IMG/VR virus record: IMGVR_UViG_3300011444_000005
Location: 1-45,718 of that record
Strand: one strand, 5' to 3'
DNA length: 45,718 bases
Origin: a virus
Shown: positions 41,202 to 45,718 of the stretch, piece by piece
Position numbering within the stretch: the first letter of the stretch is position 1
How the letters are laid out: the number at the start of each line of letters is the position of its first letter
The notes under the pieces: model-generated
Told to the model about the DNA's origin: nothing
What the model saw: only the letters and a program-made list of their open reading frames with translations
Database searches by the model: none
Made by a program: the position numbers and the translations under genes

Positions 41202-41227
41202 GGGTTTAAATCCCGCCTTGCGGCGGG
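41202..41227 (-). promoter_or_regulatory. Hairpin CCCGCC-GCAA-GGCGGG followed by ATTTAAACCC (read on the minus strand)
   Basis: The hairpin encodes the last codons of the helicase-primase gene. The TAA stop lies inside ATTTAAA. Confidence 0.5.
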
Positions 41228-42711
41228 CGGAGGGCCGCCATGCCATGAAAGCCGAAGCCCTCCTCGCGCCGGCTTTTTCGTATCTTGAGAATGGGCTCAC
41301 GATCCTCAAGATGGCGCATCAAGACGCGTTTGGTCCCGATGGCCTCGCCGTTGTCACGCGCCCACGCCATCCAGCTGTCGAATATGTCCTTGATGTACAC
41401 GAAAGATTCGGGGTCATGCTCATAGCACTCCGTATACCACGCTGTGATGGCGTCCTCTTGATTGAGGTAGCTTTTTGTGGCCGTTGCGACGGCCGATGGG
41501 GCGTCCAGACCTTCCGCTTGCCACGCTAAGCAGCCGTCGATGGCCCAGGCCAGAATGGAAGGCCATTCTGTGCGGAGCTTCTCGCCCAAGTCTACGTCGC
41601 GGCTGGCCTTCGGCACGGTGAATGTGAATGGTATGAGGCGGAAGCGGCGCTCGATGGCCTCGTCAACGTTCGCCAGGCGGGGCTTGTGGTTCCCTGCGAG
41701 GAACAGCTTAAACTGCGGCTTGTACTCAAAAAAGTCCTGCCGCATGAAACGAGCCTTAACGCTGTCGCCGCCTGTAAGCATCTTGATGCGTGCCTCAGCC
41801 CAGCGCTGACCCTCGTCCGTCTCGCCACATGTGACAAGCCTAGCGCCGCGTAAATCGGCTAGCTCAGTGGGATGCCGTGAGCTGTCATTGATAATGAACG
41901 TTTCGATTGCGGCCTCCATCCCATAGGTGCCAAGGATGCTGCGCATCGTGTTGAGGGTGACGCCCTTACCATTGGCGCCAGTGCCATAGGCAAAGTACAT
42001 CTGGTGCTCTTTGGTCTCGCCGACGAGGCAATAGCCGAAGACCTTCTGTAAGTAGCGGACCATCTCCTCATCACCACGCATGATGGTCTTTAGGAAGTCG
42101 AGCCACATGCGTGGCGGCGCCGCATTCGGCGCGACGGCTGTCTCCATAGTTATGCAGTCAGATGGATTATGCCTTCGCATGTCGCCCGTCTTTAGGTCTA
42201 TGGTTCCAGCTGGCGTGTTCAATAACCATGGGTTGGAGTCCCAGTCAGCCACACTTGATGCGATCCGAGGATCGCTTCGGGCCAGATGCGTAACCGCATG
42301 GATTGTTCGACTGCTGAGGATGTTGCGGACGGCTCGACGCGCCTCAGCTGCGGCATTCCTAGTACGCTCCTCTTTGACCTCGGCCGGTAGCTCTGATGGA
42401 ATTTCGGCTGATTTGAACTCGTAAAGCTTGTCCGACACGAACTTCGCGATGCGTCGCACAAACACACGAGCAGAGCTCAAGCTGCGCAATGTGTGGTCTA
42501 CTTCCCAACGCGACTTGTTCCACACATGCCATCGGTTTAGTTGGCCCACATATCGTAATCGTGTGTGGTTTTCATCTGCGAAATTCACAGCTAAAGTGTC
42601 GTCACTGGTGCCACGGATGTGATCTGGTGTTTTTCCGACGGCTGCAGCGTCGTGAATATCTGTGGAATTATCGAGGTCAAGAGGCTCGGTAGTGACGACG
42701 ATGGATGTCAT
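41206..42711 (-). CDS. D5/P4-family SF3 helicase-primase (D5_N + P-loop domain)
   Basis: WHVWNKSRWEVD, SNPWLLNTPAGTIDLKTG, LQKVFGYCLVG, Walker A YGTGANGKGV. No separate primase domain was recognised by eye. Confidence 0.8.
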   Translation of the reverse strand: MTSIVVTTEPLDLDNSTDIHDAAAVGKTPDHIRGTSDDTLAVNFADENHTRLRYVGQLNRWHVWNKSRWEVDHTLRSLSSARVFVRRIAKFVSDKLYEFKSAEIPSELPAEVKEERTRNAAAEARRAVRNILSSRTIHAVTHLARSDPRIASSVADWDSNPWLLNTPAGTIDLKTGDMRRHNPSDCITMETAVAPNAAPPRMWLDFLKTIMRGDEEMVRYLQKVFGYCLVGETKEHQMYFAYGTGANGKGVTLNTMRSILGTYGMEAAIETFIINDSSRHPTELADLRGARLVTCGETDEGQRWAEARIKMLTGGDSVKARFMRQDFFEYKPQFKLFLAGNHKPRLANVDEAIERRFRLIPFTFTVPKASRDVDLGEKLRTEWPSILAWAIDGCLAWQAEGLDAPSAVATATKSYLNQEDAITAWYTECYEHDPESFVYIKDIFDSWMAWARDNGEAIGTKRVLMRHLEDREPILKIRKSRREEGFGFHGMAALRPPQGGI

Positions 42712-42737
42712 TGATTTACCACGATTTTTTTTGGGGG

Positions 42738-42853
42738 ATGTAAAAATGCAAACCCATTATCTGATCCCCGCTTGTCTTTGTCAAGATGTAATGTTCATGG
42801 TTTGTTCCCCTCTGTTTAAGCGGGGATCAGGAGATCGCTTTGCATTTTTACAT
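42738..42853. repeat. Long imperfect inverted repeat: 37-bp arms in two perfect blocks (15 + 13 bp), 44-bp spacer
   Basis: ATGTAAAAATGCAAA (42738..42752) pairs with 42839..42853. CTGATCCCCGCTT (42761..42773) pairs with 42818..42830. The local context is AT-rich. Confidence 0.9.
42756..42784 (-). promoter_or_regulatory. Strong sigma70-type promoter TTGACA-N17-GATAAT for the helicase-primase operon
   Basis: Verified base by base on the minus strand. The spacer contains the inverted-repeat arm AAGCGGGGATCAG. Confidence 0.65.
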
Positions 42854-42949
42854 GATGCAAAAATTCGTGTGTTTTCAATGACTTACAAAACGGCCATGGT
42901 AATTGTGGCAATAGCACAGAGGCTGTTCCGCCTGTGGCAAGACGCCGGA

Positions 42950-42999
42950 GGCGAGAATCCCGTACAGCTGGGGCGAATCCCACACATGAGGCGAACCCC
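42950..42999 (+). repeat. Three direct repeats GGCGA(G)A(T/C)CCC at 22- and 18-bp spacing
   Basis: GGCGAGAATCCC at 42950, GGCGAATCCC at 42972, GGCGAACCCC at 42990. Confidence 0.7.
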
Positions 43000-43045
43000 A
43001 TGCAGCCTGGGCTATCGCCCCAGGGGGGCGGCGTCCGTCAGGTGG

Positions 43046-43064
43046 GTGTCCAAATTTTGGACAC
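43046..43064. promoter_or_regulatory. 19-bp palindrome GTGTCCAAATTTTGGACAC (copy 4 of 4)
   Basis: Perfect 9+1+9, in the divergent intergenic region between the helicase gene and the rightward early genes. Confidence 0.6.
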
Positions 43065-43161
43065 CATGCGGGATTGCCATTTTGCGGCCTTGCGCGGCGC
43101 AGGCGGCGCATGTTATTGTGTGGATGCGGCCTGGCAGCCGCCACACTGAAGGTCACCAACC

Positions 43162-43275
43162 ATGCCAACACGGCTTATCACACTTGACGAGGTCAGACGC
43201 ATGAGCGCCGCCGTGCGCGCCGCGTGGACGGCCCTGGAGGCGGACATCCGTGACCGCGCTAGGCACGGATCATGA
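43162..43275 (+). CDS. Small ORF (37 aa)
   Basis: ATG with GAAGG 9 nt upstream and an ATGA overlap with the next gene. Below the ORF-track cutoff. Confidence 0.35.
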   Translation: MPTRLITLDEVRRMSAAVRAAWTALEADIRDRARHGS

Positions 43276-43559
43276 TCCGTGCAGTTGCGATTGGCCTGGT
43301 GATTACACTCAGCGCGGCCGGTACGGCCGTTGCTCAGGGCTACCTGCCGCCCAAGCGATACATGCAACCCGCGCAGCGGCCCCAGCAGCCTGAACGGCCT
43401 GAACGGCCTGCGGCTGAGGCAGACCCTCTTGAGTACTATGCGGAGGACTGGATCGTTCTTGACGCACACCAGCAGGTCTTGTGCAAAGATCCGTATGTTC
43501 GTCGCGACGTCAAAATCATTGAATGCGTTGCAGACGCGACGCGGGAGCCCATACGATGA
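43272..43559 (+). CDS. Secreted protein candidate (95 aa)
   Basis: Signal peptide MIRAVAIGLVITLSAAGTAVAQG, then a Pro/Gln-rich linker. Confidence 0.6.
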   Translation: MIRAVAIGLVITLSAAGTAVAQGYLPPKRYMQPAQRPQQPERPERPAAEADPLEYYAEDWIVLDAHQQVLCKDPYVRRDVKIIECVADATREPIR

Positions 43560-43771
43560 CTGTCCTTGAACGACGCCCTTTGGGTTATGGTTGGGACCTG
43601 ATGGACACGGCTCCACGGGATTTCCCAATTCTGGTTTGGGCTCCTGGACGCGATGGACTAAGTTCGATGTTCAGCGTTTGCTTGTGGCACCCAGACGCCG
43701 GTTTTTGCATAGATGAGGTGCGCGAGCCGACTCACTGGAGACTGCTCCCGGCGGAGCCGGAGCCGGAATGA
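43556..43771 (+). CDS. DUF551-like protein (71 aa)
   Basis: GWDLMDTAPRDFPILVW...THWRLLPAEPE resembles the DUF551 pattern. ATGA coupling. Confidence 0.4.
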   Translation: MTVLERRPLGYGWDLMDTAPRDFPILVWAPGRDGLSSMFSVCLWHPDAGFCIDEVREPTHWRLLPAEPEPE

Positions 43772-44442
43772 CTACGCGCGCTAAGGCCGACGGCACCCGT
43801 ATGACTGACAAGACCTACGGCGGCGCACATGTTGAGAACGACACAGCAGGACGGCCTGCGGCCGACGCAGTCGGCAGCTTTGCTGCCAAGCTTCGTGTCG
43901 ATCCTGCTGACAACATCATTGTTGGCGCCGAGCACATCTTGCGCTACCTTGGCATAAGCAGCATAACAACGCTGTGGCGTTGGGTAGAGCACTACGGCCT
44001 GCCCGCGTTTCGTCGCCCGGACGGCCTTTGGATGAGCAGTATGACCGCAATCGATCAGTGGATCTTCTTGGCCGCTGAGGTTGTCAATGAAAACCGTGAG
44101 TATTCGAGGGGCCAAAACGCCCCGGCGGCCATTGCCGCCCAACGGGCCGCCAGGGCAGCGGCCGAACCAGGCCGGTTTGAGCACAAACGCTTTGTTGCGG
44201 CCAAAAGGGCCTCGCGGGGCGTCGGCTTGATGCACGGCCGTAAGGAGCCTAAGGCCCCTTATAAGGGCCGCGACCGCGTCTACACGGACGGCCTTGGTCC
44301 AGGAACTGCACAACGTGTGGGTGATGAGCAGCGTGCGAGCCGCGCACTGGCCTTACGGCCTCCGGCCGAAGACGCCAAAGGCGAGAACCGCCCTGAGAAC
44401 CCCGAACAAGGCGAGAACCGCCACGAGGGAGGCAGGGAATGA
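43768..44442 (+). CDS. DNA-binding protein with an excisionase/MerR-type HTH (224 aa)
   Basis: ILRYLGISSITTLWRWVEHYGLPAFRRPDGLWMSSMTAIDQW fits the Xis/AlpA-type HTH. Basic C-terminal half. Confidence 0.5.
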   Translation: MTTRAKADGTRMTDKTYGGAHVENDTAGRPAADAVGSFAAKLRVDPADNIIVGAEHILRYLGISSITTLWRWVEHYGLPAFRRPDGLWMSSMTAIDQWIFLAAEVVNENREYSRGQNAPAAIAAQRAARAAAEPGRFEHKRFVAAKRASRGVGLMHGRKEPKAPYKGRDRVYTDGLGPGTAQRVGDEQRASRALALRPPAEDAKGENRPENPEQGENRHEGGRE

Positions 44443-44840
44443 GCGAAGGCAAGAGCAATCAGGTTGGCTTTACGGGGGACGAACTGCGGACGCGCCTGCG
44501 CGCATACGACAGAACGCCCTTCCTTGATCTGCTTGCGTGCTTCCTTGAGTGCGCCCCGAGCGCCGCCGACATCCGAATGCTGGCACGCAAGAGCCCTGAC
44601 AAATACATTCAGGCGATAACTCAGCTGGCACGCACGAGCGGCTTCAGTGACAAGACCGAGAGCGTCAACTTCAGTGTGCATGTCACAAAGTTGAGTGACT
44701 CACAGCTTGAAGACCATGTGAAGCAGCTGAGCGAGCGTCTCGCATTGCCAAGCCCCGAGCAGGCCTTGGACGACGCGCAAAGCTCGGAGTATGTTGAGTT
44801 TGAAGAGGTCGCGGTGGCGACCGAGGTGGCGAAGCCGTAG
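44439..44840 (+). CDS. Hypothetical protein (133 aa)
   Basis: ATGA coupling, acidic C-terminus. A possible but unsupported small-terminase candidate. Confidence 0.55.
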   Translation: MSEGKSNQVGFTGDELRTRLRAYDRTPFLDLLACFLECAPSAADIRMLARKSPDKYIQAITQLARTSGFSDKTESVNFSVHVTKLSDSQLEDHVKQLSERLALPSPEQALDDAQSSEYVEFEEVAVATEVAKP

Positions 44841-45106
44841 GACCCCGACCGACAAAGTCGGAATTACGGCCTTTGGCCGACGCGCCGAATCCATCCTCCG
44901 GATGATTAGGTCAATCGTTCGGCGCAGCCGAACACGGAACCCTCTATATTTTGAAGCGCTGAAGCGCGGTGGACGCAAGTTGGCGGCCAAAGGCCACAAC
45001 CCATGCGTGCAAAGCACGCAGGTGCACGCAACCTAGGCGTGCCGCTGAGGCATCCGATCAATCATCCGTACACGTCGTATGCACGCAGGGCGTGTAAAAA
45101 TATCCA
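44841..45106. other. Hairpin-dense non-coding segment with a GCACGC(A) repeat cluster
   Basis: At least eight short perfect hairpins, for example 44917..44933 GTTCGGC-GCA-GCCGAAC, 45005..45019 GCGTGC-AAA-GCACGC and 45024..45042. GCACGCA or its complement at 45004, 45014, 45024, 45036 and 45081. Confidence 0.7.
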
Positions 45107-45135
45107 TTGGTCCTATGGGGAATTCGTGGTATGTT
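45107..45135 (+). promoter_or_regulatory. Candidate promoter TTGGTC-N17-TATGTT
   Basis: Hexamers and spacing read in the sequence. Lies 38 nt upstream of ATG 45173. Confidence 0.4.
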
Positions 45136-45140
45136 TATTT

Positions 45141-45154
45141 ATGCCAATTGGCAT
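45141..45154. promoter_or_regulatory. Perfect 14-bp palindrome ATGCCAATTGGCAT at the predicted transcript start
   Basis: Read in the sequence. It shares the TGCC-N4-GGCA core with the 325..1160 palindromes and the half-site ATGCCAAT with 39068 and 39104. Confidence 0.5.
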
Positions 45155-45172
45155 GCAACCTAGGAGGTCGAA

Positions 45173-45397
45173 ATGCGTGTTGGTGAATTGATTGTATTGC
45201 TTTCTAAATACAACCCTGAGTTACCCGTATGCATATGTGCCGATAATGGCACACCGGATGATCCATCCGATCTATACGCGGTTGCGATTAGAGCCGTTGA
45301 CAATGGCGGACCAAACATGGATGGAACTGATGTAATTGCCATATGGTGCAATTGGGGCACATCTATTGACACAGACATAGATGCGCCATTGTGGTAA
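45173..45397 (+). CDS. Hypothetical protein (74 aa)
   Basis: Strong AGGAGG RBS, followed by a terminator. Confidence 0.7.
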   Translation: MRVGELIVLLSKYNPELPVCICADNGTPDDPSDLYAVAIRAVDNGGPNMDGTDVIAIWCNWGTSIDTDIDAPLW

Positions 45398-45419
45398 AGT
45401 TGTCATAATACGAATGAGG

Positions 45420-45442
45420 ATGGCCCCAAATGGGGCCATTTT
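45420..45442 (+). terminator. Rho-independent terminator
   Basis: ATGGCCCCA-AA-TGGGGCCAT followed by TTT. The U-tract is short. Confidence 0.55.
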
Positions 45443-45488
45443 CATGGCAACCGTGGGTTGCTCCTCGGCCAAAGGCCGGTATCGTAGG

Positions 45489-45523
45489 TTGTATTTTGTT
45501 CATCATGATCACAATATTGTGAT
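45489..45523 (+). promoter_or_regulatory. Candidate promoter TTGTAT-N17-CAATAT overlapped by the perfect 16-bp palindrome ATCACAATATTGTGAT (45508..45523)
   Basis: The palindrome was verified base by base. The promoter is a hexamer match only. It points across the junction toward CDS 88..372. Confidence 0.35.
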
Positions 45524-45595
45524 GTCCTTTAGGTGGGTCGCGCTACGATTTCTCACACACAAATGCATAAACGTGGTACGTTAAATGACGAACCG

Positions 45596-45718
45596 AAGGT
45601 TCGTTGGTTCGTGTTCTTTGACAATGTGAAACGCCCCGTGACTTTGTGGCCACACACGCGCCTTTAAACATGAGGCTCGTAAATGACCGCCAAAGTTCTA
45701 CAACGCATACGTGCAATT
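45596..45718. repeat. Terminal direct repeat, right copy (identical to 1..123)
   Basis: See the left copy. The repeat boundary falls in the loop of the hairpin ACGAACC-GAA-GGTTCGT (45588..45604). Confidence 0.97.

Noticed and set aside
41202-41227. GGGTTTAAATCCC read as a tRNA T-arm, or GGGTTTA/TTTAAAT plus hairpin read as a -1 frameshift signal.
   Set aside because: No acceptor, D or anticodon arms can be drawn around any of the three copies, and TTTAAAT departs from the TTCRANY T-loop. For frameshifting, the slippery-like run would be on the non-coding strand in two copies and intergenic in the third, and the spacer to the hairpin is 0-3 nt.
1-45718. Lysogeny module, phage RNA polymerase, tRNA genes, and nucleotide hypermodification genes (PurZ, DpdA, thymidylate-synthase-like).
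   Set aside because: No ORF shows integrase (R..HxxR..Y), T7-like RNAP or repressor-Cro switch features. No cloverleaf was found in any gap over 80 bp. Only a MazG-like candidate hints at nucleotide-pool enzymes. Absence judged by eye is not proof.

Overview
The window is one complete, GC-rich tailed-phage genome. Bases 1-123 are identical to 45596-45718, so the unique unit is 45,595 bp. This is either a circular-assembly overlap or a short terminal redundancy.

Layout:
- + strand, 6.35-27.2 kb: a podovirus-like late module. It runs large terminase, portal, four small ORFs, scaffold, major capsid, adaptor/tail proteins and fibres. These are followed by a coiled-coil fibre with an S74 self-cleaving chaperone domain and four large internal/ejection proteins, the last a lytic transglycosylase.
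- - strand, 27.1-42.7 kb: the replication and early-middle module. Its family A DNA polymerase carries an N-terminal UDG-like domain and a proofreading exonuclease. That gene is split just before motif A by a two-gene cassette.
- The same block holds a ParB-domain/DNA-methyltransferase fusion and RHH and PadR-like regulators. It also holds a Sak4-like ATPase, a DUF669-like protein, a Cas4-like nuclease, about 20 mostly ATGA-coupled small ORFs and a D5/P4-type SF3 helicase-primase.
- - strand, 1.4-6.3 kb: a ribonucleotide reductase (probably class II) followed by a lysis cassette with two glycine-zipper secreted proteins, a holin-like protein and an M15 endolysin.
- Small + strand early genes lie at 43.2-45.4 kb and 0.09-1.0 kb.

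I found no integrase, phage RNA polymerase, tRNA, CRISPR array or recognisable small terminase.

I did not find a clearly novel multi-gene system. The unusual signals are mostly non-coding:
- a 19-bp palindrome present four times;
- a cluster of GTTGCC-N4-GGCAAC palindromes and a GCCAC/GTGGC iteron-like zone across the genome junction;
- a 4 x 36-bp hairpin repeat directly after the terminase gene;
- an origin-like hub next to the helicase gene (long inverted repeat, a strong sigma70-type promoter, three iterons);
- a self-contained promoter / 44-aa membrane peptide / terminator unit.

All protein calls rest on motif recognition by eye. No database search was run.
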